Source: Candidatus Latescibacterota bacterium
Lineage (GTDB): Bacteria > Latescibacterota > UBA2968
Assembly: GCA_965205975.1 (NCBI GenBank)
Contig: OZ242195.1
Location: 3,808,001-3,872,000 of the forward strand
Length of the DNA: 64,000 bases
Reading direction: 5' to 3'
Part shown: piece by piece, positions 41,456 to 51,863 of the stretch
Position numbering within the stretch: position 1 is the first letter of the stretch
How the letters are laid out: the number at the start of each line of letters is the position of its first letter
The notes under the pieces: generated by a model
Database searches by the model: none
What the model saw: the letters and a program-made list of their open reading frames with translations, nothing else
What the model was told of the DNA's origin: nothing
Position numbers and translations under genes: made by a program

Positions 41456-42691
41456 ATGTCCGATTTTTCAATCGCAGAAGCTGTACACAACGCATTCGGA
41501 AACCACGCCATAGTCGATATACACACCCACCTCTACCCCGCCTCAATGGGCGAACTCTACCTATCGGGACCCGACGAACTCCTCACCTATCACTACCTCA
41601 AAGCCGAATGCTCGCGCATGTTGCCCGAAGGCATTGCAGTTGACACATTTAACAACATGCCCGCCGTAGAACAGGCCGACATCATCTGGCAACAACTCTT
41701 CGTCGGCAACAGCTCGCCAATATCCGAAGCCCAACTCGGCATCGTCACCGTCATGAACCGCCTGGGACTGAACCCCCGCGCAGAAGACCTGTCCGAATTT
41801 CGCGCATTCCACAACTCAAAAACACCCGAAGAATACACCGACATGGTCTTTGAAAACGCCGGCGTCGCCAGTGTCTATATGACCAACGACCCCCTCGACG
41901 ACATCGAAGGTCCCATGTGGCAACAGGGCATCGACATCGACTCGCGCTTCAGAGCAGTCCTGCGCCTCGACAGCGCGCTCATGAACTGGCCCGCCCCCGC
42001 CGACAAACTCCGCGCCCTGGGATACGACGTAGAAGAAAGCCTATCCGACAAAACCTTTGCGGAACTGCGTCGCTACCTCACCGACTGGGTCCAAAAAATG
42101 GACGCCCGATACATGGCCATATCGCTCCCTCCGGACTTCGCATACCCATCTGAAGACAGCATCTCCCAAATGATGGGCAACGTCGTATATCCCACAGCCC
42201 ATGAACTGCAAATCCCCTCGGCAATGATGATCGGCGTCACCCGGCAAGTCAACCCAATCCTCAAAGACGGCGGCGACAGCCTGGGCAAATGGGACATCGC
42301 CAACCTTGAACGCATCGCACGCGACTGGCCCGACGTCAACTTCCTCATCACATTGCTCTCGCGCGAAAACCAGCACGAACTCTGCGTCACCGGACGCAAA
42401 TTCCCCAACGTACACCCCTTTGGCTGCTGGTGGTTCTTAAACAACCCCAGCATCATCCGAGAAATAACAGCCGAACGCCTCGAACTCCTCGGCACCAGCT
42501 TTGTACCTCAGCACTCCGACGCCCGCATCCTGGACCAATTGCTCTACAAATGGACCCACTCCATCGGCGTCATCGCCCCCGTCTTCATCGACAAATACGA
42601 ATCGCTGTGCGCTGCGGGCTGGCCCCTCACCCCTGCGGACATCCAGCGCGACATCGCCACCATGTTTGGCGGCGGCAAATTACTGGACTAA
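41456..42691 (+). CDS. Uronate (glucuronate) isomerase-like amidohydrolase
   Basis: DIHTHL, ELLTYHYL, FGCWWF, PQHSDAR. Confidence 0.85.
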   Translation: MSDFSIAEAVHNAFGNHAIVDIHTHLYPASMGELYLSGPDELLTYHYLKAECSRMLPEGIAVDTFNNMPAVEQADIIWQQLFVGNSSPISEAQLGIVTVMNRLGLNPRAEDLSEFRAFHNSKTPEEYTDMVFENAGVASVYMTNDPLDDIEGPMWQQGIDIDSRFRAVLRLDSALMNWPAPADKLRALGYDVEESLSDKTFAELRRYLTDWVQKMDARYMAISLPPDFAYPSEDSISQMMGNVVYPTAHELQIPSAMMIGVTRQVNPILKDGGDSLGKWDIANLERIARDWPDVNFLITLLSRENQHELCVTGRKFPNVHPFGCWWFLNNPSIIREITAERLELLGTSFVPQHSDARILDQLLYKWTHSIGVIAPVFIDKYESLCAAGWPLTPADIQRDIATMFGGGKLLD

Positions 42692-42794
42692 TGAAAAACA
42701 ACTAAAACAATAAGGGAACCGCTTTGGACATTAAAAAAGCGCCATCCTAAAAGGACAACGCGCTATCAATCGTGTTTCTAACAAAGGATTCAAA

Positions 42795-43556
42795 ATGTCA
42801 CCTGTCAATCTAGGAAGTGCATTAGGCCAAGCAATAGGCAATCTCTTTGAAGGCAAACTTGAAGAAATTCTGAGGAAAGTTGTAGAAGATTCTGGATATG
42901 TATATCACAGCGGTCGCGATCCTTTACCGAATTACACCGGAAAGACCTTGAGAGCAAAAGACAAAAATGGCAAATTCTGGAGCATTGATTCAGCAGTAAC
43001 GGACGAATACGGTCATCTCATCATCTTGGGAGAAATGAAATATATCCAGCGGGCAAAACATGCCACCGATAAAGGAAGTTGGATCTGTAACTGTCATACA
43101 CTGCTTCGCCAAACTTTTCCCACCATACGCGCATCCATAGCAATGCTGGCGGGAGGATGGAGTGAAAATGTACGCAGAATGGTACGGGATACCGGAACAG
43201 ATATCTTTTTTGTACCTTATGAGGAGGTCGTGAACACATTTTTGCAAAAAGGAATCGAGATTAACTGGACCGATGCCACAAGCGATGTGGCTTCTAAAAT
43301 CGCATGGGAAGCATTTAGTGATCTTGATGAACAAGCGTTAGGTGAAATTAAGCACTCTATAACTCGAAAAATCGCAGAACCTTTGAAAATACACGTCGAG
43401 AACATATTGAACGACAGACAAGAGCGAAAGATCACTGAAATCGAGATCAACATTAAAACCAACAAAGGCGAAACAATTAACGTGCAGCATTCCAATGCAG
43501 AAGAAGCGCGAGCTACTCTTAAAAATCTACAGTCTCATCCTTTTTTTCAAAATTAA
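42795..43556 (+). CDS. Putative Type II restriction endonuclease (PD-(D/E)xK)
   Basis: GNLFE...ID...GEMK motif; convergent with a methyltransferase; AT-rich block. Confidence 0.65.
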   Translation: MSPVNLGSALGQAIGNLFEGKLEEILRKVVEDSGYVYHSGRDPLPNYTGKTLRAKDKNGKFWSIDSAVTDEYGHLIILGEMKYIQRAKHATDKGSWICNCHTLLRQTFPTIRASIAMLAGGWSENVRRMVRDTGTDIFFVPYEEVVNTFLQKGIEINWTDATSDVASKIAWEAFSDLDEQALGEIKHSITRKIAEPLKIHVENILNDRQERKITEIEINIKTNKGETINVQHSNAEEARATLKNLQSHPFFQN

Positions 43557-43558
43557 AG

Positions 43559-44881
43559 TCATTTGGTTAGCGTCAAAATTCCTTCACTCAATTTGACCGA
43601 ATGACGCTGAGGGTTATTTTTCCATTTTCCACCTCTTGTTCTCAAAAGTTCAAAATCGTAATCAGAAAAACCGATGGCTAAGCCCAATTTACCAATATAG
43701 TCATAGATGGGAATATATACGCCATACGGTGCCGAATCACCCAATACGAGATGGAATTTTGCTCCTTTTTTCATGGTTCGATACGTATCGCCTATAACGC
43801 GAAACATATCGTTATGGTAGCCAGCAACCATAAGATCATAACTCTTCTTACCTCCCCTGACAAGTCTCAATTCGGAAAGCTTATGAATCTTCTCAAGGAG
43901 GCTATTATATACTTCTCGGCTCCCCTGTTGGATGGAATCATCCAAAGGATCAGCTTCAAAATCACCCCGGTTAATTTGAGTCGTTGCAGAGGTAATAAGC
44001 TGCGTTCTAACTTTTTTTGTGATCTCGCCCCATGTCTTTGCAAACCCCCAAAAATAGGTCTCAAAACGCGTTCTATCAGCATAATCGTAATTGTTTAAAT
44101 AAGGAGGCGACGTAAAGACACAATCAAAAATGCCATCTTCGAGTATCCCCATTGTATTTCGACTGTCTCCTTTAATCGGATGAGCACTCGCGAGTCCCTT
44201 TTGATGTGCATAAAGATATAGATCGTCATACATCATCCACAGGACTTGCTTGAAAGCTACCAAACCATCCGTTTCTCGGATTTTCTTTTTAGGCGCAATA
44301 TAGGGCCATCCCGTTGCTGCTCCTGAAGAAATACGCAGAGCACACGTCAAAGCTGTTTTAAAAAATGTGTGATAAGGTTCTCTCTTTTTCTTTATTATTT
44401 CTCGAATGATGTGGAGACGGGCAAGATTCGTGTCTGATAGACATTTCCGAATCAATTCGGGATATTCTGATAGATCAATTTGTTTAAGGTTGGCTTCATT
44501 TATTAAATCACTTGCTTTATTGATAACCTCTTGAATTTTAAAATAGAGCTTCTCATAGTCGAAATCCCAATACAATTTAGAAGAAGCAATTTCGTAAACA
44601 AAAGGATGAGCTTCTACACCATAAGATTCAATTCCCTGGAGCTTGGCTACAACTAAAGTTGTACCTGTGCCCATAAAGGGATCATAGATGGTCTTACCTG
44701 GACAAAGATCATCTTGGCGTATAATTTCTTCTACGGCCTTATAAGAAAAGCCTGCAGGATACTGGAACCATCTGTGTATCGGTGCTGTTTTACTGTCTTG
44801 AAACGTACCATAATTAGCCTTGAAGCTCCCATTGACCGGTATGCTTTTTTGTGTTTTTAAGGAAAGACCAAGTTGTGCCAT
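43559..44881 (-). CDS. Site-specific amino DNA methyltransferase (probably N4-cytosine)
   Basis: DPFMGTGT (motif I) precedes FTSPPY (motif IV). Confidence 0.9.
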   Translation of the reverse strand: MAQLGLSLKTQKSIPVNGSFKANYGTFQDSKTAPIHRWFQYPAGFSYKAVEEIIRQDDLCPGKTIYDPFMGTGTTLVVAKLQGIESYGVEAHPFVYEIASSKLYWDFDYEKLYFKIQEVINKASDLINEANLKQIDLSEYPELIRKCLSDTNLARLHIIREIIKKKREPYHTFFKTALTCALRISSGAATGWPYIAPKKKIRETDGLVAFKQVLWMMYDDLYLYAHQKGLASAHPIKGDSRNTMGILEDGIFDCVFTSPPYLNNYDYADRTRFETYFWGFAKTWGEITKKVRTQLITSATTQINRGDFEADPLDDSIQQGSREVYNSLLEKIHKLSELRLVRGGKKSYDLMVAGYHNDMFRVIGDTYRTMKKGAKFHLVLGDSAPYGVYIPIYDYIGKLGLAIGFSDYDFELLRTRGGKWKNNPQRHSVKLSEGILTLTK

Positions 44882-45059
44882 TGTTATCTCCCTTCGTGAA
44901 GGATGAGGAGTGATACTGAAAAGGGGAATAGGGGAAAGGGGAGAAAAAAGCACTTGTCTGCCTGAGAAACGGCATAAGTAGATAAGACAAAGTTGATATA
45001 CTCACAAAAGTTGAGTGTGTCAACCCTAAAACAGGACATTGATTGTACGGAGTAACCCC

Positions 45060-45584
45060 ATGAATTGGCGTTATAATATCACGGTTATAATTAGTGCATT
45101 TTTTTTCTTCTCAGGAACGGGGTTGTGTGCGCCGTATAAAATCTATATCTTTATGGGAGAAACCTGTCCGGTCTCGCGGCATTACACCTTGACACTCAAA
45201 GAACTACACGCAGAATACGCATCTGAAAAACTCGAATTCATCGGCGTATTCCCCAATCGACTCTCCACCCCAGCCACGATTGCCGCGTTCAAAGAAAAAT
45301 ACGCCTTGCCATTCACCTGCATCGGGGACGCCACCCACACCTGGGTAAACCGACTGGAAGCAACAATCACGCCAGAAGTCGTCGTCACCGACACATCGCA
45401 CACCGCCATCTATCGGGGTCGCATTGACAACACCTTTGCGGATTTGGGCAAAAGACGCCGCGTCATCACCGCCCACGACCTCGCAGATATACTGAAAGCC
45501 CTCAAGAACGAAAAACCCCCGGTATTTCGCCAGACCCAGGCCATTGGCTGCATCATAACCTCATGGCAAAACACAAAGGAATAA
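45060..45584 (+). CDS. Exported redoxin/AhpC-TSA-like protein
   Basis: TCPVS, ATITPE, YRGRID, AIGC; N-terminal hydrophobic segment. Confidence 0.8.
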   Translation: MNWRYNITVIISAFFFFSGTGLCAPYKIYIFMGETCPVSRHYTLTLKELHAEYASEKLEFIGVFPNRLSTPATIAAFKEKYALPFTCIGDATHTWVNRLEATITPEVVVTDTSHTAIYRGRIDNTFADLGKRRRVITAHDLADILKALKNEKPPVFRQTQAIGCIITSWQNTKE

Positions 45585-45588
45585 AGCC

Positions 45589-47127
45589 ATGCGACCACTT
45601 ACCCTCTCCATACTCGCGATCCTCCTCGCCGTTACTTCGCCACGCGCGGAAGCCCCTACCTTTAGCAAAGACGTCTCATCGATCATATACAACAACTGCA
45701 CATCGTGTCATCGCAACGGTGAAATAGGGCCTATGCCCCTCACAAATTACAGCGAAATCGCGGCTTATGCAGACATGATCAAACACGTCACAGAAACCCA
45801 ATACATGCCCCCGTGGAAACCCGATTACAACTACAGCCAGCACATCGGCGCGAGAACACTCACCAAAACAGAAATCAACACCATCTCAAACTGGGTCAAC
45901 GCTGGCTTTCCCCAGGGCGATATCGCCATTGAAGCCCCCATGCCGGAATTTCCAACAGGCTCTGTACTCGGCACCCCCGACCTCGTACTCACCATGGCAG
46001 AACCCTTTACAATCCGCGGCGACAATGAGGATCAGTACCAGGTCTTCGTCATCCCAACCCATCTCACAGAAGACCGGGAAGTCGAAGCCGTTGAATTTCG
46101 ACCCGGCAACAGCAGAATCGTTCACCATGCCCTCATCGGCGCCGACATCACGGGCACTGCCCGCCAAAGAGACCTCGAAACCCCGGAATACGGTTACGAA
46201 TCCTTTGGTGCATTCGGCGCGCCAACCGCTGTTGTCCTGCCCGGATACACACCCGGCGCAAAACCCCCGATATATCCCAAAGGCGTTGGACACATACTCC
46301 CCAAAAACTCCGACTTACTGATCCAGGTACACTACGCACCCTGGCCACTTGCAGAATCCGATCAATCCAGCATCAACATATTCTTCAAAAAAGAACCCAT
46401 CGAAAGAGAAGTGGGTTTTATCACCTTCGCACCGCTCACCACGGACGGTGAAAGACTGAGCAGACTATTCAGGGTCCTGCTCGGAGAAGAGCGACACGGC
46501 GGCACCCCCGTAGAAAAGATCCGAATCAACGATATCTTTATCATCCCGAAAGACCAGATCAAAACATTTCACACGACACTCTTCATCAATCGGGACATCA
46601 GCCTCCTGTCCATCTACCCGCACATGCACTTGTTGGGCAAATCCTGGGAAATCTATGCCACAGACCCACAGGGCAACCGCACCAACCTCATCCGTATTGA
46701 AGACTGGGATTTTAACTGGCAGGGCAATTACACCTTCACCCAATATCAGAAAATAACCGCGGGATCCCAAATCCACGCCATTACCACCTACGACAACACC
46801 ACAAACAACCCGCTCAACCCCAACTATCCCCCCCGCCAATCGACCTGGGGCGAAAAAACCACCGATGAAATGCTCCTGGCGGTCATGGAATACATACCCT
46901 ACCGACCAGGCGATGAAAACATCGCCCTCACCGTTGGCAGGGGCGGCGAAATAAGCATAGACTTCAATGGCAATGGACAAAAGGACTTCGCCGACTTCCT
47001 CCTATTCGTCCAGAACTTTGGCCTGAACCGAAACGACACCAGCTATCAGCGCCACTTTGACCTCAACGGAGATGGACACATCAACTTCACCGACTTTATC
47101 ATCTTCGCCAATCAATATGCGGCATAA
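45589..47127 (+). CDS. Secreted cytochrome c / copper type II (PHM/DBH-like) monooxygenase with dockerin/EF-hand-like tail
   Basis: Signal peptide, CTSCH, VHHAL, QVHY, PHMH, DEM; two DxNGxG..xFxDF repeats. Confidence 0.8.
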   Translation: MRPLTLSILAILLAVTSPRAEAPTFSKDVSSIIYNNCTSCHRNGEIGPMPLTNYSEIAAYADMIKHVTETQYMPPWKPDYNYSQHIGARTLTKTEINTISNWVNAGFPQGDIAIEAPMPEFPTGSVLGTPDLVLTMAEPFTIRGDNEDQYQVFVIPTHLTEDREVEAVEFRPGNSRIVHHALIGADITGTARQRDLETPEYGYESFGAFGAPTAVVLPGYTPGAKPPIYPKGVGHILPKNSDLLIQVHYAPWPLAESDQSSINIFFKKEPIEREVGFITFAPLTTDGERLSRLFRVLLGEERHGGTPVEKIRINDIFIIPKDQIKTFHTTLFINRDISLLSIYPHMHLLGKSWEIYATDPQGNRTNLIRIEDWDFNWQGNYTFTQYQKITAGSQIHAITTYDNTTNNPLNPNYPPRQSTWGEKTTDEMLLAVMEYIPYRPGDENIALTVGRGGEISIDFNGNGQKDFADFLLFVQNFGLNRNDTSYQRHFDLNGDGHINFTDFIIFANQYAA

Positions 47128-47132
47128 AAAAA

Positions 47133-47187
47133 GGGCAACCACGAGGATTGCCCCTACAACATTGGGCGAGGCATGCCTCGCCCCTAC
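47133..47187. repeat. Two GTAG REPs
   Basis: GGGCAACCAC...TTGCCCCTAC and GGGCGAGGCATGCCTCGCCCCTAC. Confidence 0.8.
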
Positions 47188-47216
47188 GATTATTCACACT
47201 TCATCCTTCACCCTTC

Positions 47217-48095
47217 TCACTTCACAACCCGCGTTGTTTCGCCATCGGACTCCAGCAGGGGCAACTGGCCCCCGTGATGGACGCCGGGACCGTACAAAAC
47301 CGCCTGTTGTTCTGCCGTCAACTCACTCACCCAATCGCCATAGCGTTCCTGGGGCGTAAAAAACTTACCCACAGCGCGAGCCGCTGCGCGAGAAGCATAC
47401 TTGTAAAGCACGGAACGACGCTCACCATCGCTGCACCACGGCAGCGTACCATGCGTCATCGTCTCCGCAAAAAAGAGTACATCGCCCGCCTTCATCACCG
47501 GTTGATAAACCAGCCCCATATCGTCCTCTACGGAACGCACCTCAGCAGGTGTCGGCTCGGCAGTCTTATGACTCCCCGGCACACAGGCAAAACCACCATC
47601 GCCCTCATTGACATCCGTCAACTGCCACGCCACAGTAATACCCCGACAGAAAATCTTCCCATTCTGCTGGTGATACCACACCGACTGGCTAAACGGCTCG
47701 CCACCGCCGTGCAGTGTATGACCCTCTGCGCCCTTGTGCGCGCTAATCAACAGCGGACCGTGATCCAGGCGAAAACCCTTGCCGCTAAACTCATTCAAAC
47801 GACTCACCACAACCGGATGAACCAGCAACTTCCGAAACGGCTCGCGATAGGGTTCGGGCCAGCCCAACATACCCGTAAGCTCGCGCCGCCCCTCTTTACC
47901 CGTAAGCGCGGACGAACCCCGCGCCAGACCGCCATCTTCAATAGACCGCGTCCTGATCTCATCCCCGTAGTGATCAATCGCATCATTACACGCCTTGACC
48001 TCATCCGCAGACAACGCCCCCCGCACGACCAGATAACCGCGCAGGTCAAAAAAGTACTTCTCCTCTTCGCTCACTGTATAAAGATTGTTGCCCAT
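47217..48095 (-). CDS. PhyH-family Fe(II)/2OG oxygenase, HxG variant
   Basis: YFFDLRGY, LHGGG, VPGSHK, MTHGT...RR. Confidence 0.85.
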   Translation of the reverse strand: MGNNLYTVSEEEKYFFDLRGYLVVRGALSADEVKACNDAIDHYGDEIRTRSIEDGGLARGSSALTGKEGRRELTGMLGWPEPYREPFRKLLVHPVVVSRLNEFSGKGFRLDHGPLLISAHKGAEGHTLHGGGEPFSQSVWYHQQNGKIFCRGITVAWQLTDVNEGDGGFACVPGSHKTAEPTPAEVRSVEDDMGLVYQPVMKAGDVLFFAETMTHGTLPWCSDGERRSVLYKYASRAAARAVGKFFTPQERYGDWVSELTAEQQAVLYGPGVHHGGQLPLLESDGETTRVVK

Positions 48096-48118
48096 GGTAA
48101 AACGCTCCTGTTCTTAGA

Positions 48119-48976
48119 CTACCCCTCTATCCGCACGACCCCATCATCACAGACCTCCAGAGACGGCACGCGACCCCTGTGATTGGAATAGGGACCATAC
48201 ATAACCGACAACTGCTCCGCCGTCATACCCTCCACAATTTCTCGATCCCAATAAATCTCCGGCGGCGACACCTCCTGCGAAGGACCGCCCCGCGCACAGG
48301 TGCGCCCCGTATATTTGAACAAAATGGACCGCCGCGTCGTATCCAACTTCCACGGCGTTGCCCCGTGTGATTGCGCGCTATCCATAAAAAAGACGACATC
48401 GCCAGCCTCCACCACCGGCTGCTTGATCAAACCCATATCGTCGTCTCCTGTACGCACGCCACTTGGCATCGGAAACATCGCCTTGTGACTCGAAGGCACA
48501 CAGGCAAACCCACCCATACCCTCCTTACAATCGTGCAACTGCCACGCCACAGTCACACCGCCCACCCACGGCTTGCCATTCTGATGGTGATACGCGACAT
48601 GCGGCCGATGTGGCTCGCCATTTCCGTGCATCGTATGACCCGCTGTACCCTTATTACTCACAATAAACATCGGACCGTGATCCAGCCGAAACCCTTTATC
48701 GCACATCACATTGAGATACTTCACCAGCACCGGATGTGCCAGCATCTCCCGGAAAGGTTCACAATCCGGCTTTGGAAATTCCAGAATACCGGGCAACATA
48801 GGACGCCCCGTACCGGCAAAAGCAACCGACTCCCTCGCCGTGGAACCGCCGACCTGAACCCGATCCCAGTAGCGATCCACAATATCATTCGCCCGCGCAA
48901 CCTCCTCTTTTGACAACACGCCTTTCACGACGAGGTATCCCGTCAAATCCCAGAAATACCGCTCGCGCGCATCCAT
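48119..48976 (-). CDS. PhyH-family Fe(II)/2OG oxygenase, HxN variant
   Basis: YFWDLTGY, MHGNG, VPSSHK, QSHGA...RR; clear paralog of the adjacent gene. Confidence 0.85.
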   Translation of the reverse strand: MDARERYFWDLTGYLVVKGVLSKEEVARANDIVDRYWDRVQVGGSTARESVAFAGTGRPMLPGILEFPKPDCEPFREMLAHPVLVKYLNVMCDKGFRLDHGPMFIVSNKGTAGHTMHGNGEPHRPHVAYHHQNGKPWVGGVTVAWQLHDCKEGMGGFACVPSSHKAMFPMPSGVRTGDDDMGLIKQPVVEAGDVVFFMDSAQSHGATPWKLDTTRRSILFKYTGRTCARGGPSQEVSPPEIYWDREIVEGMTAEQLSVMYGPYSNHRGRVPSLEVCDDGVVRIEG

Positions 48977-49079
48977 AAGGCAATCTCCTTTTGAGACAGG
49001 TGAATATTTTTTAAGATAAATATGAATGAACCTAAAATTTCCAAAAGTCAATTTTTTTCGACAGGGCACAGGGAAAAAA

Positions 49080-49200
49080 ACGAATAGACGAATAGACGAA
49101 CCCTGCCCTACCACCCAACGGGCGGGCACAGGGGCACCGCCCCTACATTGATGAACTGGCCCGAATCAGTTGTACACCGCTCCGTTGATTCGCTGATTCG
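49080..49200. repeat. ~120-bp composite intergenic element, copy 2
   Basis: Near-identical to 7594-7712. Confidence 0.8.
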
Positions 49201-49209
49201 CGCTTTTTA

Positions 49210-50073
49210 TCAAAACAAATCCATCTGCACAGGCTCCTCTACAACCTGTTCTGCGGGCCAGGGTGGCATCTCGCCGACATCTATATCCCCGGACAACATC
49301 TGGTGAAAATGGCGCGCCAACTGCGGTGCAAAAAAATCATCGGGTGCGTGCATAAACACAAAAGGCGTTCGCCCCTCCCGTATCCAATTGGCAACCACCG
49401 GCACCCACTCTGCGAGAAGCGGCAAATTCTTCTCAACCTCGGGATGTCCAACAAACCTCACAAAAGGAAAACGCCCCGTTGCGACGAATCGAACAGGGAC
49501 CTTTGGTTTTTTTCGCTGCGCTTCGCGCCCTGCAACATCATCCGTCTGAGCACTGTGCAACCCCCGCGTATCAAAAACCACGCGATCTACCCCATGGCTT
49601 TTGAGCACCGCATTCAGCTCATTCTCTGCCTCGGCAAAAAACAAACGGTGCCGAATTTCTACCGCATAAGAAAATGTATCGGGCAGCGCGTCTAAAAACC
49701 TGTCCAACACCGGCAAGTCATCCGGCCCAAAAGAGGGAGGCAACTGCAAAAATGACGGACCCACCCGATCCTGTAACACCGCGAGAACATCTACAAACGC
49801 AGCCGTCTCCAACTCGGCATTCCGCAACCGCTTGCTAATCGCACGCGGAAACTTAAGCGCAAAGCGAAAACCCGGCGGCGTATCAGCCAGCCAGCGCAAC
49901 GCGGCTTTTTCCGAAGGCAAACCGTAAAAAGTAGTATTGCCCTCCACGGTATTAAACACAGAGGCGTACTGTTTCAAAAAATCTTTCTGCACAACATCGG
50001 GCGCAAACAACTCGCCCACCCACGCTTTATTGCCCCAAACCGGACAGCCCAAAAAATATCGATCAATGCTCAT
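49210..50073 (-). CDS. DUF72 (YecE-like) protein
   Basis: GCPVW, FNTVEGNTTFY, FLQLPPSF, VEIRH, FMHAPD. Confidence 0.9.
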   Translation of the reverse strand: MSIDRYFLGCPVWGNKAWVGELFAPDVVQKDFLKQYASVFNTVEGNTTFYGLPSEKAALRWLADTPPGFRFALKFPRAISKRLRNAELETAAFVDVLAVLQDRVGPSFLQLPPSFGPDDLPVLDRFLDALPDTFSYAVEIRHRLFFAEAENELNAVLKSHGVDRVVFDTRGLHSAQTDDVAGREAQRKKPKVPVRFVATGRFPFVRFVGHPEVEKNLPLLAEWVPVVANWIREGRTPFVFMHAPDDFFAPQLARHFHQMLSGDIDVGEMPPWPAEQVVEEPVQMDLF

Positions 50074-51650
50074 GACCGCCCCTGTATAGCTCCCTTTCCT
50101 CCCACCCATAACCCCACAACACACGGTTGATCTTTATCCTCAAACGGATTGACCAACTCGGTATTAAACCCGCCCCAATCACTCGACTTCTCCATCTCGC
50201 CACTACTCCGCTCACCCGTCAAAATCGCCATCCAATCCACAGCTATTGGCGTCCCCTCGCCTACATCGGACAAATCGATACGCGTATCGCCCCCCTCGGG
50301 CAGATACACCAGATACGCATCCCCTGCCAGCGCCAGACAAAGACCGCGCTCCACATATTCATTATCCCCAACCATCTGATTAAACGGCAAACCCTCCAAA
50401 AAGTCCCGCAACTCCCGATACCTCATCCAGCTCTCTGGCACTGGCTCAAACTTAATCAAATCCCACGACGTATTATCGTAATAATAACACGGATAGGCAC
50501 CTGCCGCATAAATCGCCCACGTCCACTTCAAAATATCATCCCACTCGGCAGTCGTGCGCCCGCGATAAGTCTTGAGCTGTTCCTCGGCAAGCTCGTACCC
50601 GTACTCCACATTCACATACGGCGTACCCGAATTCCGCATCCTGCGAATCGCCTCCCGATTATAGCGCGCCCCATCGGACAAATGCACCTGATCCGTCACA
50701 AAATCCGACTTGCGATCCGGTTCAGCCAGCGTACCCGCGTTTCGGATCTCAACATCGTGCACCGTCAGCAAATGCCCATACGCATCCGCCCCGCGAATAA
50801 TATCCATACGCTCCAGAACATAATCGTGATCGCCCATCTCGCGAAACAGATTCTTGCTCTCCTTGCCCACATCCCAAATCACATTGCCAAACGCCTGGTA
50901 CCGCGCAACCGCATAGCGCCAGAACCGATCATCTGCGTCTGTCTCGCGCGCCGGCCAATTCACCTGCTTATTCTGCACCTGCAACATCAGATGAACCACA
51001 ATCCCCTTCCCGTGCAAATAGCGCATCAAGCGATCAAAATCGCGAAAAAAATCGATATTCATCCGCTCGTGATCCGGCGCATCATTCGTACCCTCGAACA
51101 AATACATCTCCGGCGGCCCAAAAATATACTCGGGCAACACAGGACGCGTATCGTCATTCGGTCGCGAACCAAAACCCGTGTGCGCATACAAATTCATAAC
51201 AAAACAATTGAACCCCCGGCTCGCAACCAGATCGACATGCCGACAACACCGCGCCGCATCTGCCTGGTGATAGCTAAACAACCAATCGCACTCAAAACCC
51301 AGATATAAAAAAGGCGTACCATCAGACCATGCAAACCGCTGTGGGTACTCCGGATCAATACCCAGCAGACCATGCACATCAGCGTTCTCATTCCCCACGC
51401 ACTGCAACTGCCACTCAGCCCCATCCAGACCCGAATGCTCAGACCGCGAAAGCCCCGTCCAAACACCTTCTAAACCAGGACTAAACCGGACAACCCACTT
51501 ATCCCCATCAAAAAAACCGGGCAAATCTTCAACCACCTCGCCCAGTTCGTGCGTAAAAGTTGCCATCACCTCCACCGCAAACGGATTTTTATCACCCACA
51601 TCCGCATACAATTCAAAATCGCACACCGCGTATTGTTGCACTTCTACCAT
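50070..51650 (-). CDS. DUF5060/DUF4038-type putative glycoside hydrolase
   Basis: NPF...GFFDG..W.VRFSP, YAVARY.AF.NV.W...E, EYGYE. Confidence 0.7.
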   Translation of the reverse strand: MVEVQQYAVCDFELYADVGDKNPFAVEVMATFTHELGEVVEDLPGFFDGDKWVVRFSPGLEGVWTGLSRSEHSGLDGAEWQLQCVGNENADVHGLLGIDPEYPQRFAWSDGTPFLYLGFECDWLFSYHQADAARCCRHVDLVASRGFNCFVMNLYAHTGFGSRPNDDTRPVLPEYIFGPPEMYLFEGTNDAPDHERMNIDFFRDFDRLMRYLHGKGIVVHLMLQVQNKQVNWPARETDADDRFWRYAVARYQAFGNVIWDVGKESKNLFREMGDHDYVLERMDIIRGADAYGHLLTVHDVEIRNAGTLAEPDRKSDFVTDQVHLSDGARYNREAIRRMRNSGTPYVNVEYGYELAEEQLKTYRGRTTAEWDDILKWTWAIYAAGAYPCYYYDNTSWDLIKFEPVPESWMRYRELRDFLEGLPFNQMVGDNEYVERGLCLALAGDAYLVYLPEGGDTRIDLSDVGEGTPIAVDWMAILTGERSSGEMEKSSDWGGFNTELVNPFEDKDQPCVVGLWVGGKGAIQGRS

Positions 51651-51706
51651 CGGATAAATCCTTTCTATTTCTGTATAGATGTTACATCATGCGTGACTTT
51701 AAAGAC

Positions 51707-51730
51707 GGGCGAGGCATGCCTCGCCCCTAC
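51707..51730. repeat. GTAG REP
   Basis: GGGCGAGGCATGCCTCGCCCCTAC. Confidence 0.8.
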
Positions 51731-51863
51731 AATGAATAACTGACCATTGACTGCTGATAGCTTGTTTTGCATTATTTATACGACTTAATCACATAATACA
51801 ACAGCACACCCAGCACAATAACCACAACCCCCACCCAGATCAGTGCCCAAAACTGAACATCCA

